Shown here: piece by piece, positions 1-7,855 of the stretch
Numbering within the stretch: position 1 is the stretch's first letter
Layout of the letters: each line of letters starts with the position of its first letter
Assembly: GCA_964452145.1 (NCBI GenBank)
Contig: CAYVLA010000074.1
Span: forward strand, 1-15,981
Source of the DNA: Candidatus Hadarchaeota archaeon
GTDB lineage: Archaea; CAYQAE01; CAYVLA01
Direction of reading: 5' to 3'
DNA length: 15,981 bases
Position numbers and translations under genes: made by a program
Notes under the pieces: model-generated
Told to the model about the DNA's origin: nothing
The model's database searches: none
The model's input: only the letters and a program-made list of their open reading frames with translations

Positions 1-236
1 AAGCAATGGCAACAAGCTCGTTCTGTCCGCGTGGCGCCCCCGGGATGCCCAGAAGGGCAATAGTCTCACACACAATATATACTGCCTGCAACACGACTCA
101 ACCAGGCAGTGGGAAACCTGCACCGATTCTGCCCACCGGACAGATCGCGGGGCGGGCAATGGAAGCACGGACCCCGATCACTCTAGCGCGAGGCGCAGAT
201 CAACCCAAGACACGGACCCACAAAGGGAAGCGAACA

Positions 237-932
237 ATGGGGAAGAAAGCCCTGGGGAGCAGTGCCCTGAGAAGAGGCATATCCATCAGGGTTCAGCTTA
301 ACCGCTTCCTCAACAGCTTCTGCTATCTAGAGGTGGGGGCTCAGGGAGTCGAATGGCAAGACGCTGTCAACCAGAGAATGGTACAGCTGACAATCCCTGA
401 ACACGTCCTTCGACGTTTCCCCACCGAGATAGCAGGATCCGAAGACATCAAGGTAGTCAAGGACAAGTCACTCGAGCTCTGGAGGGAGGCAGACCCAACC
501 ACTACCCAGATCGAAGAGGCCAAGGCAGTGCTCTCAAGAGAAGGATTCAGAGGCCTCCGGGCGGAGTACCCTCTTCTTGCCAAGGCCCTCTACGCATCGA
601 TCCGAGGATCATTCAAGGCGTGGCAGAAGAGAGTAGAGTACCTAGCCTGGCTCAGGGACAATCTCTGCGCGGCTTGGGAAGATAGGACAAGAACCCTCGC
701 AATACCAGATCAATCTACTCATGTAGCAAGGACCTCTTGTGCCGTTCTCTACGTGGCGTTGATCGAGGCCTATCAGGATCTGGGTCTGCCGGGAGGACTT
801 AGATCAGAGGTCAACAAGCAAGATCCACACCTGATACTTGTCGGAACCGTCCAGAGGGAGGACCTTGGTGCCTTGCTGGGTTCGGTTGAGTCAAGGATTC
901 GGGAAAGCCTTCAGGCACAGCTAGGGCCATGA
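237..932 (+). CDS. Hypothetical protein (~231 aa), probably co-transcribed with the downstream methyltransferase
   Basis: Part of ORF 6..932. The first 77 codons look non-coding (low complexity, AT-rich AATATATA at 74-81). ATG at 237 (MGKKALG...) follows a purine-rich AAAGGGAAG. The gap to the next gene is 21 nt. No motif recognised. Confidence 0.6.
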   Translation: MGKKALGSSALRRGISIRVQLNRFLNSFCYLEVGAQGVEWQDAVNQRMVQLTIPEHVLRRFPTEIAGSEDIKVVKDKSLELWREADPTTTQIEEAKAVLSREGFRGLRAEYPLLAKALYASIRGSFKAWQKRVEYLAWLRDNLCAAWEDRTRTLAIPDQSTHVARTSCAVLYVALIEAYQDLGLPGGLRSEVNKQDPHLILVGTVQREDLGALLGSVESRIRESLQAQLGP

Positions 933-953
933 GCCACCCGGGCAAGGGGGAAG

Positions 954-2198
954 GTGGCCCAGATGAGGCCTGCGAGGTATAGTGTTCACAAATTCATAGG
1001 TAGGAAGCCCCATGACCTGATCGCGAGTCTGATAGCTCGACAGACCGGGCCCGGGGAGGTGATTCTTGACCCATTTGTGGGCAGTGGGACAACGGCGTGT
1101 GAAGCCCTAGTACAGAGGAGGAGGGTGATAGCCAATGATCTTGATCCTTTCGCGGTGTTCTTGGCCAGGATGCTCTGTATCTCGCCCATAGATCTCGGGG
1201 ACCTCGACAAGGCCTATGCCCGGGTAAGAGATGAGGTGGAGGAACGCATTATGGATCTCTACTCGCTGGAGGAGAAATGCGGCAGGTGTGGGGCACGGCT
1301 TGTCTCACACTGGGTTATCCGCGACAAGTCGATGGTGGTCAGACCCATATGCCCGCAGTGTCTTGACTGGCCAGCGACCAGGAACAGGAAACTGACCATG
1401 GGAGAGATGGATCGCCTCAGCAAGATCGAGAGCGAACCGGAACCTGATGACGAGGGGTCCTGGGTTGGTTCTAGATTCTCGGGAAGGAGTCGTCTGGCCC
1501 TTCGCATCCTGTCCAATAGCATAGGGCAGCAGAGACGAGAGTTTACTGGTCTTCTCAGATACGTCTTCTCAGCCAACCTGGCGAAATCAAGTCTGCTGAA
1601 CACCTTCAGGAAGGACGGGAAGAGATGGATACTCAGCGATCCTCACCGTCTCTCTATCCCAGTCCATCCGTTGGAGTTCAACGCTTGGATGGGGTTCCAG
1701 AACAGGTACACAGCCTTGCTGCGAGCGAAGGCTGAGACCAATCACCTGATAGGGACATGGTACGATGAGCCAGGTCACTTCGCCACCGCGCGGTCGTCTG
1801 CTACCCGGATGGACGATATTGGTGATGAAGCTGTTCACCACATCATCACCGACCCGCCATACTCTGAAACGATCTCCTACTCAGATCTGCACCGCATCAA
1901 CAGACACTGGCTTGGCCTTGGTGGTCGGCTAGAAGGGGAGATCACGCTTGGCCCAGGTTCAGGACAGGACAGCTATCTGGAGTCGATGAGGCTGGCCCTT
2001 GGCGAGATGGCGCGAGTACTCAAGCCACGAGGATCCTTGACCATGGTGATGGAGGGTGGTCCGAGAAGTGAGAGGGCCTACATCTCCCTGCTCGAGACCA
2101 CAACAGCCCCACGATCATTGACACCCTTCGCCACCCAGAGGGTGATGCATCTCTCCAAGCCCTACCTGATCGTCCGCTCCATCAAAAGAGGAGCGTAA
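954..2198 (+). CDS. Adenine-specific (N6/N4 amino) DNA methyltransferase with a Zn-ribbon insertion (COG1743-like, motif I before motif IV)
   Basis: N-terminal HKFIGRKP. SAM-binding motif I ILDPFVGSGTT (DPFVGSG at 1068-1088) followed by ANDLDPFA. CGRC...CPQC Zn ribbon. Catalytic motif IV ITDPPY (DPPY at 1851-1862). EMARVLKPRG near the C-terminus. GTG start after GGGGGAAG. Confidence 0.9.
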   Translation: MAQMRPARYSVHKFIGRKPHDLIASLIARQTGPGEVILDPFVGSGTTACEALVQRRRVIANDLDPFAVFLARMLCISPIDLGDLDKAYARVRDEVEERIMDLYSLEEKCGRCGARLVSHWVIRDKSMVVRPICPQCLDWPATRNRKLTMGEMDRLSKIESEPEPDDEGSWVGSRFSGRSRLALRILSNSIGQQRREFTGLLRYVFSANLAKSSLLNTFRKDGKRWILSDPHRLSIPVHPLEFNAWMGFQNRYTALLRAKAETNHLIGTWYDEPGHFATARSSATRMDDIGDEAVHHIITDPPYSETISYSDLHRINRHWLGLGGRLEGEITLGPGSGQDSYLESMRLALGEMARVLKPRGSLTMVMEGGPRSERAYISLLETTTAPRSLTPFATQRVMHLSKPYLIVRSIKRGA

Positions 2199-2312
2199 CC
2201 GAGAATCAGAGATGGGGTAGCAGGATAGTTGAATTCTGGCTCCCACTTCTTGGCGGTTTGCTGAAGGTTGGGCGTACGAAGTAATAAAATGGTCAGATGC
2301 CCAATCTTGGGC

Positions 2313-2588
2313 ATGGGCCAAGGTCTCGACGAAGTGGAGCACGAGATACTCAGCGTGCTCAGCCAGTCAAAGAGGGGGCTTGGCTTCAATCAGATCGTTG
2401 AGTCAGTCAAGAAGCGCTTGGTCTCCAGTTCACCCAAGATCTCGCGCAGACTGAGGCACTTGGTGGACCTGGGCGAGGTGCGGCGAGAGATCACCGATGA
2501 CTGGCCCCCAAGAACGCTCCACAGCATACATGGACCCCCTCTCCTGAAGACCACTGCTGGGGCCAGACACGAAGGGGGCTGGGCTTAG
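2313..2588 (+). CDS. Winged helix-turn-helix transcriptional regulator (HxlR/ArsR-like)
   Basis: EILSVLSQSKRGLGFNQIVESV...SPKISRRLRHLVDLGEVRREI..DWPPRTLHSI fits the HxlR-type wHTH pattern (FN.l....S...Ls.rL..Lv..G.V.R.....PP...Y.l). TAATAAAA at 2282-2289 lies ~25-30 nt upstream of ATG 2313. The last ~15 residues may be read-through across a junction. Confidence 0.7.
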   Translation: MGQGLDEVEHEILSVLSQSKRGLGFNQIVESVKKRLVSSSPKISRRLRHLVDLGEVRREITDDWPPRTLHSIHGPPLLKTTAGARHEGGWA

Positions 2589-2633
2589 ACCCCTGGCTCT
2601 GCATTCCTCAAGGAAGACCTCGACAAGGTCCAA
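2577..2633 (-). pseudogene. Possible N-terminal stub of a tyrosine recombinase/integrase (19 codons)
   Basis: TTG-started (L)DLVEVFLEECRARGLSPA resembles the integrase N-terminal SAM-like helix (...FL..c..rGLSp.T...Y). The resemblance stops abruptly after SPA. Very short, so weak evidence. Confidence 0.3.
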
Positions 2634-2745
2634 ACCGACACCGCCACGGTTGGTTGCGCCATCTGGGCGGGGATCGGAGGTTCCATGCCCATCCTGATCC
2701 TGGTCTGTTTCTTGATGGCTTCCCTCTGGTTTCCCGTCGCCTTGT

Positions 2746-3039
2746 TCAGGCCCCATCTGTATCCTCGCCTGTTGGCTCTGCCTCCCTAAGGTATGCCTTA
2801 GCGGCGCTGATAGCATCCATCCCTGCTCCTTGTCCCCACTTGGCCGCATTGGTGCGGGCTTGTTCGGGGGTGGTGTGTGTCTTGTTTGCGAGCCTCAAGA
2901 AGATGGGGTCCACTTGTTCTCCCTTCTCGACCCCCTCAACGTCCTCATCGCTGTGGGTTCGGGCTGATGGGCCAGGGTGAACGCCTGCTCCTTCTTCTGG
3001 TTCTTCTAACTCTAAACCACTATCTTCAGGGTGACCGTG
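2746..3039 (-). pseudogene. Orphan C-terminal fragment of an unknown, possibly MGE-derived, protein
   Basis: The 3' half of ORF 2746..3267 (EDVEGVEKGEQVDPIFLRLANKTHTTPEQARTNAAKWGQGAGMDAISAAKAYLREAE...) is protein-like. The 5' half is only an alternative frame of the QueG-like gene, so it has no credible start of its own. Confidence 0.3.
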
Positions 3040-3049
3040 ACTTCTTTGG

Positions 3050-3759
3050 CTAATCGTTGCGGGCCGTCGGGGTCTTGGTCCACGGGCAGGCAGCGATACA
3101 CATTCCACACACGGATTCATCCAGACCGATCTTCGCAGCCATCTCCCTAGCTGTCCTCCGGCAGGCGAAGGCATCAAAGAAAGAATCGCGACTGATTCCC
3201 GCTTCCCATTCTCGACCTGATGGTGCTCTCCCAGGACACGCTTGGACACAGTCCATGCATTGCCCACAACGAGAAGCAGTCACTGGCTCACCAACCCGGA
3301 GCTCTGCATCCGTCAAGACAGTGGTCAAACGGACCGCGGGTCCGAACTCCTCCGTGACCAGTAGCGCGCATTTCCCAATCCAGCCAAGACCAGCACGGGT
3401 TGCCGTCGTCTTGTGGGGAAGCCGCGTTGAGAGGGTTGAATCGTCTATCCCGACATCTGTGGGAGCGAAGGGCAATGCGCGGTAACCCTCCTCAAGGAGG
3501 AGTCCTGCAGATTCGTGGGCGAGAATGTCAAGACATGGTTGACTCTCTCGTACTCAGCATGATACCGCCTTGTCGGGCCTTCTCTGATGCCCGCAGCAAT
3601 AGCAGGATTCAGAGGCACTGCGATGGATATGGCTCTGGGCAATCCTGTCCGGGCGGCAGCAGGTATCGGTGTCATGTCCGCAAACCCGACCATTCCTGCT
3701 CCCGATCTTGTCAGGAAACCCCTCACAATTGTCGCGATTGGCATCCCGCAAGGCATCAT
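3050..3759 (-). pseudogene. Epoxyqueuosine reductase (QueG)/reductive-dehalogenase-like 2x[4Fe-4S] protein, split by one frameshift near 3530
   Basis: ORF 3445..3759 gives the N-half (GAGMVGFAD...RAISIAVPL...YHAEYERVN). ORF 3050..3475 gives the C-half (LPHKTTATRAGLGWIGKCALLVTEEFGPAVRLTTVLTD, CGQCMDCVQACP, C...CGMCIAACP). Adding 1 nt at GTC^TTGAC restores ...VNHVLDILAHESAGLLLEEGYRALPFAPT. Confidence 0.85.
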
Positions 3760-3993
3760 CTCTCTACTCTACCTCTTAAATCGGTCGCCAGCGGATCCCC
3801 GACCTCCCCTTAGCATGCGGTGATGATTCGGATCAGAGAAGCTTAGCCAGGCAGACAACCCCCGGAGAAGTGGCACCAATATGCCCACGGTCATGGATTG
3901 TGCAGTCATGTCCGCGATAGCGGTGGGCTCGATCTCACGTGTTTCTGAGTCAAGCCGGGGGTACTTACGGCAAAATCGGCACGTGGTCGGAAC

Positions 3994-4001
3994 TTTTATT
4001 A
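3994..4001 (+). promoter_or_regulatory. Archaeal TATA box (TTTTATTA) with a purine-containing BRE-like element
   Basis: CGGAAC-TTTTATTA sits 25-32 nt upstream of ATG 4026, the spacing expected for a leaderless archaeal transcript. Confidence 0.45.
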
Positions 4002-4025
4002 GTCAGGGCTTGCCATCTACTCTTT

Positions 4026-4505
4026 ATGCCGTTCTCAAGGTGGAACCTCAATGTCACGATTGCCAGCAGTGGGCAGTCGTATGTCCGCCAATATAAACAA
4101 GTCCGCAAGGACAACGAGTACATCATGCAGGTACCACTCGGAGTGGGAGGAACCGTCTTCGCCCCACATGCGTACTTCACTGGCAGTGGCATTCACTCAT
4201 ACGTGGCCAGTTCCCTTCACGAAGACGCGTATGTGGGCAAGGTCAAGCAGAAGCACCCAAAACCCCGCTACCGAGTGTTTGATCTGAAGCCGATTCCTGT
4301 GGGTCCGCAACCGGTCGAGATTGCCACCTCTTCCTACCATTTCGCCGTTCCCATATCACAGAGCATCAAGAACCTGTACATGGAAGAACAGAGTGGAATC
4401 TGCAGAATGTCAGCCGACAGCTCGGGGACAGTTCTATGGTTTGAATTACCGTCATGGGCAGATCGATCTGTGGGCACAATTCCTACGTGCACCTGTGACC
4501 TCTAG
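4026..4505 (+). CDS. Hypothetical protein (~159 aa)
   Basis: ATG 4026 (MPFSRWNLNVTIAS...) lies within ORF 3939..4505 and is correctly spaced from the TATA box. Beta-rich, protein-like composition. No family recognised. Confidence 0.55.
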   Translation: MPFSRWNLNVTIASSGQSYVRQYKQVRKDNEYIMQVPLGVGGTVFAPHAYFTGSGIHSYVASSLHEDAYVGKVKQKHPKPRYRVFDLKPIPVGPQPVEIATSSYHFAVPISQSIKNLYMEEQSGICRMSADSSGTVLWFELPSWADRSVGTIPTCTCDL

Positions 4506-4560
4506 GACTGCGCGGGGTTTCCCTCGCGAGGAAGGAGAACTAGTACTGGCGACCCCGGTC

Positions 4561-5715
4561 TCAATCCCCATCGCGTTCTCGGACGGCCCTGAGATACTCC
4601 CTCAGCGCCACTTCCGTTTCCTTTACGGTCTGATACATATCAACCAAGATCTCGTTTTTCTTTCTCTGTCGGAAGGAGTCCCAGTCAAGCCCGCCCAAGG
4701 CACCACTCTCAGCAAGGCGCCCGATCCACCTCGCGGCCCAGTCCAGATACGCCCAGCTACGCCTCAACCCCAAACGATACCCGAATTTCAGCTGAGCTGA
4801 AATCTCGATGAGGAACGATGTCCTCCACAGACCCCCAAGTCTACTGATTAGGTCGCCCTGGTAGTATCGTCTGATGTGTACACCCTCGAACACAGGAGCT
4901 GGACCAGAAGTCAAGCTGGAAATTCGAGACATCCCAGCCATGCGAGCTCTCAAAGAGACTATGATGTCCTTTCCTTCCAAAGCTAAGCTGAATGTGTTGG
5001 GATCGGAAACACGGCCCTCCACAGATGACGGTGATCGATATCGGATCTCGATGTCTCTTGGCAGATCCCACCGAATGTGCCGCATACTGATGTCTACTGG
5101 GTCCTTCGGTTCCACACTTCTAAAGAAGGAGATGAAGATGTTCTTCTCTAGCTCCCTAGGAAGCTCCACTGCTCTATCGCTCTCCAATCCCTCCTCACCG
5201 AATCCAAGTAGCTCGCCACTTAGCCCCAGAATCGTCACATACTCGGCCAGTTCTGTCAGGATGTGCCTTCCCGTTGGGCGAGGAGGTACGCCCTCCTTGA
5301 TTCCCTCTGCCAACTCAGGGAATTCCTCTTTGAACCTTTGGAACGCCTGCGAGCTCATCTGTTGCGGATAGTAGCCGTCGAAAGGGTCATCTACAATCGC
5401 AACGGCGTTGCGGTCGTAGATCATATGAATCCATATGTCCCGATCAATCCTGGAATGCGGGCGGAACACATAATGGTAGTAGCGGACATATGCTATCACG
5501 CCGGTGACAATCAGACTTGCCATCGGGAGGAGCAGCAAGAAATGTGTCTGGATTCCAGAGAAGCCCTGAACAAGAAGGATGACTATCACATTGGCAAGTA
5601 TGCCCATGAACAGCGCAAAGATGATGGCCTGAGCCAGATCCTGCAGTAGATCCCTCATGTGCTCTCGGCCTTGCCTACTGGGAAGAGGATTGTCAACTGT
5701 CTTGGTCCGGTGCAT
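4561..5715 (-). CDS. Membrane-anchored hypothetical protein: two N-terminal TM helices plus a ~290 aa soluble domain with a helical/coiled C-terminus
   Basis: 384-aa ORF with hydrophobic segments AIIFALFMGILANVIVILLV and FLLLLPMASLIVTGVIAYV. An alternative start is the internal M (MRDLLQD). Confidence 0.8.
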   Translation of the reverse strand: MHRTKTVDNPLPSRQGREHMRDLLQDLAQAIIFALFMGILANVIVILLVQGFSGIQTHFLLLLPMASLIVTGVIAYVRYYHYVFRPHSRIDRDIWIHMIYDRNAVAIVDDPFDGYYPQQMSSQAFQRFKEEFPELAEGIKEGVPPRPTGRHILTELAEYVTILGLSGELLGFGEEGLESDRAVELPRELEKNIFISFFRSVEPKDPVDISMRHIRWDLPRDIEIRYRSPSSVEGRVSDPNTFSLALEGKDIIVSLRARMAGMSRISSLTSGPAPVFEGVHIRRYYQGDLISRLGGLWRTSFLIEISAQLKFGYRLGLRRSWAYLDWAARWIGRLAESGALGGLDWDSFRQRKKNEILVDMYQTVKETEVALREYLRAVRERDGD

Positions 5716-5743
5716 GAATCAATCCTGTGTACTCTATGAGACG

Positions 5744-5749
5744 ATATAA
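5744..5749 (-). promoter_or_regulatory. Candidate TATA box (TTATAT on the minus strand) for gene 4561..5715
   Basis: Minus strand reads GGGAAGGCA-TTATAT-C, ~29-34 nt upstream of ATG 5715. Confidence 0.35.
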
Positions 5750-5954
5750 TGCCTTCCCAAGACTCTCCCTCGGACATCGTGGATGTTAATCCTGCAGGTT
5801 ATCCCTAGTCTTCCCCCTTGGGTAGTCGAGGAGCTCTGCGTTACGCCCATGACCCAATCGTCAGGCAGGCCACTCAAGACATTGTCGACGAGAGGAACTC
5901 CTCAACAGAATCTGTCCAGACGAACTCAGAAACATGCACTACTTGGAGTTGGCC

Positions 5955-7214
5955 CTAGTATCGGGATGTCAAGGTGCTGGGTATGTTCCTGAATCCCCAG
6001 GAGCTGCACAGTCTTCTCTTTGTCTCGATCACAAGATCATCCTTCCTCTCCTGTATACGCGTCGCTTCAACTTCGAAGATCTCCTGAAGACAATTGTCAG
6101 GGTAGATCGGCGAATCTGGCCCTTCGAGCCCAGACCACTCGCGAGCCTGCAGTCGTTCAACCCCGATAAGGTTCACAAGAACACTGATCTCTCCAGAGTA
6201 GTCGGCCTCTAGGTAGATCTCTTCGATGAAGCCCAAGAACATCTCGAACTCGGTTGAGATCACAGAAAGCGAGATCATGCCAGACATGTCATTGTTCAGG
6301 CAGATACCGGCGGTTGAGGAGTACTCAATGTAACCATTTCTTCCGATTCTCAAGAAGCAACGGAATGCCTGAGAGGGATCATAGTCTGGGAGAAGTATGC
6401 CGTCTGAGATTGTCCTAGGTAGTCCAGGTACGAAGAAATCACCCAGTCTGGGTGCGTATCGCCTGGCATCGGGGTCCAGCCACCTCCATAGATCCGGACT
6501 CTGGGTATCTATTAGATCTCCCTCGGGAATACTGGGAACCGACACAAAGGAGTAGAAGCTCTGAGACATCTTCCGACCGTCACGGTCACATTCCGATGCG
6601 GACAGTCTGTCGGTGAATCTGTTCTTGCCAAAGCCACTGGCAGTAGGGTCTTCGTATCTCATCCGGGCTAGGTACTCACGAACTTGATCGCGCATTCTAA
6701 GGCTCCGTTCGAAGAGTTCTCTCACTTCGTGGTGCTCGGCTGGGAGTGATTGGAAATTGTTTCTTATGAAGTATCGTCTGTAGTATCGGTTGTCGTTCCC
6801 GGAGGTAACCATGTGTGGGGCATGGCGACTCAGAGGAATCTCTACGACCACCAAGGCCTTCTGGGGATCGGTGGACATCGGTATGGCCTTCAGAACTACT
6901 GACGGTCTTGGAGTGATGTTGGATACTATGACCTGTTCAATCCACTCTTCAGTCTTCTGGCGCCCTAGCTTGATGGGAACTCCCGAAGGAGGTGATACTG
7001 GTGCCCCACTGGGATCCTCGTCCACGCCATAGATGACATAGCCCCCTTGGGAGTTCGCGAATGCAGATATGTCCTTGGCCAATTCTGCCTTCGCACTATC
7101 CGATGTCGTGACATCTCTCTTGTAATCCAGCCTTATGCTTTCCCTTTCCCTTCTGGATAGGAGATCCATTAGGTCGTTCTCGTCTAGTAGTCCTGTACGT
7201 TTAGTGAAGACCAT
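5955..7214 (-). CDS. Schlafen/AlbA_2 domain protein with an uncharacterised C-terminal domain
   Basis: RESIRLDYKRD (E-x4-D-x-K), ELAKDISAFANSQGGYVIYGVDE, ALVVVEIPLSRHAPHMV and RYYRR are hallmark AlbA_2 motifs in the first ~165 aa. Confidence 0.9.
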   Translation of the reverse strand: MVFTKRTGLLDENDLMDLLSRRERESIRLDYKRDVTTSDSAKAELAKDISAFANSQGGYVIYGVDEDPSGAPVSPPSGVPIKLGRQKTEEWIEQVIVSNITPRPSVVLKAIPMSTDPQKALVVVEIPLSRHAPHMVTSGNDNRYYRRYFIRNNFQSLPAEHHEVRELFERSLRMRDQVREYLARMRYEDPTASGFGKNRFTDRLSASECDRDGRKMSQSFYSFVSVPSIPEGDLIDTQSPDLWRWLDPDARRYAPRLGDFFVPGLPRTISDGILLPDYDPSQAFRCFLRIGRNGYIEYSSTAGICLNNDMSGMISLSVISTEFEMFLGFIEEIYLEADYSGEISVLVNLIGVERLQAREWSGLEGPDSPIYPDNCLQEIFEVEATRIQERKDDLVIETKRRLCSSWGFRNIPSTLTSRY

Positions 7215-7339
7215 TTAGAGTCCACATTTCGCATAACTATTTACGATCCTGATCCTGTTGTTGGAGGTGGGCTATCGGTGGCGGGGTCTTTCCCCGGTCT
7301 TGCTTGCATAACACACCCTCCATTTGATCTTCTCAAAAC

Positions 7340-7702
7340 TCATGACTTGTAAAGGTGATTGCGAGAAACCGCGGTTCTTCTGGGCTCGTCTTCGCCCGTT
7401 CTCCGCCCCCCTGCTCCCCCTACGGATCTCTCGCCCACGCCCTGCCTCAAGAGCTCCACATCCTCCTCGTCATCCAGGGTCAGCCTGACCTGCACCAGCC
7501 GGCACTGCTTGAGCGGCTTGCCAGCAGGCTCGCCCACGGCCACGACGTGTTTGAGTATCTGTCCAGGCATTCTCTGATCCCTGCTCATGTTCCTCAGGTA
7601 CGTGTCGTTCCATCCGTACAGAACCTCTGTCTCCACGCGGGACAGACCAAAGTCCCCAATCGCCCTGCCCACGAACATGTTCCTGCTCGTCTTGTAACCC
7701 AT
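7340..7702 (-). pseudogene. Truncated DUF1670-family protein (mobile-element associated)
   Basis: ATG 7702 follows GAGAGG. DFGLSRVETEVL...MPGQILKHVVAVGEPAGKPLKQCRLVQVRLTLDDEEDVELLRQG matches my recollection of the DUF1670 N-terminal part (PGQi...av...epaGKPl..c..v.v.LTl...eD). Similarity breaks at ~7430, an out-of-frame EQGG follows, and the C-terminal HTH part is absent. Confidence 0.6.
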
Positions 7703-7733
7703 CCTCTCTACAGCCTCAGAGAACACAAAACCA

Positions 7734-7774
7734 CCTCATCCTCATCCTCATCCTCATCCCGATCCTCATCCCGA
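7734..7774. repeat. Hexamer tandem repeat: (CCTCAT)4-CCCGAT-CCTCAT-CCCGA
   Basis: Directly visible; about 7 units, two of them CCCGA(T) variants. Confidence 0.9.
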
Positions 7775-7777
7775 ACC

Positions 7778-7813
7778 AGGCCGAGCTCTCCGACCTTTCG
7801 GTCTTCTCGGCCT
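7778..7813. other. Imperfect hairpin AGGCCGAG-ctct-CCGA-cctt-TCGG-tctt-CTCGGCCT
   Basis: 8-bp outer stem plus 4-bp inner stem. A second inverted repeat, CCCTGG-T-CCAGGG, follows at 7821-7833. Confidence 0.55.
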
Positions 7814-7855
7814 CCACGAACCCTGGTCCAGGGCCCTCCTTAACTATGGCTATGG

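Noticed and set aside
6..236. N-terminal 77 codons of ORF 6..932
   Set aside because: Low-complexity, non-protein-like sequence containing an AT-rich promoter-like patch; ATG 237 is the more plausible start.
2193..2273. Possible integron attC site (GCGTAAC ... GTTGGGC) right after the MTase stop codon
   Set aside because: The left box is not RYYYAAC, the two boxes are not fully complementary, no convincing inner L-box stem is visible, and similar sites do not recur after other genes, which are in mixed orientation.
4522..4531. Palindrome CCTCGCGAGG between convergent genes
   Set aside because: A 10-bp GC-rich palindrome without a T-tract is expected by chance in 16 kb.
7734..7774. Tandem repeat as a CRISPR array or coding repeat
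   Set aside because: The unit is 6 bp with no spacers. The poly-Ser and Met-Arg translations in ORFs 7355..7843 and 7716..7955 are by-products of the repeat.
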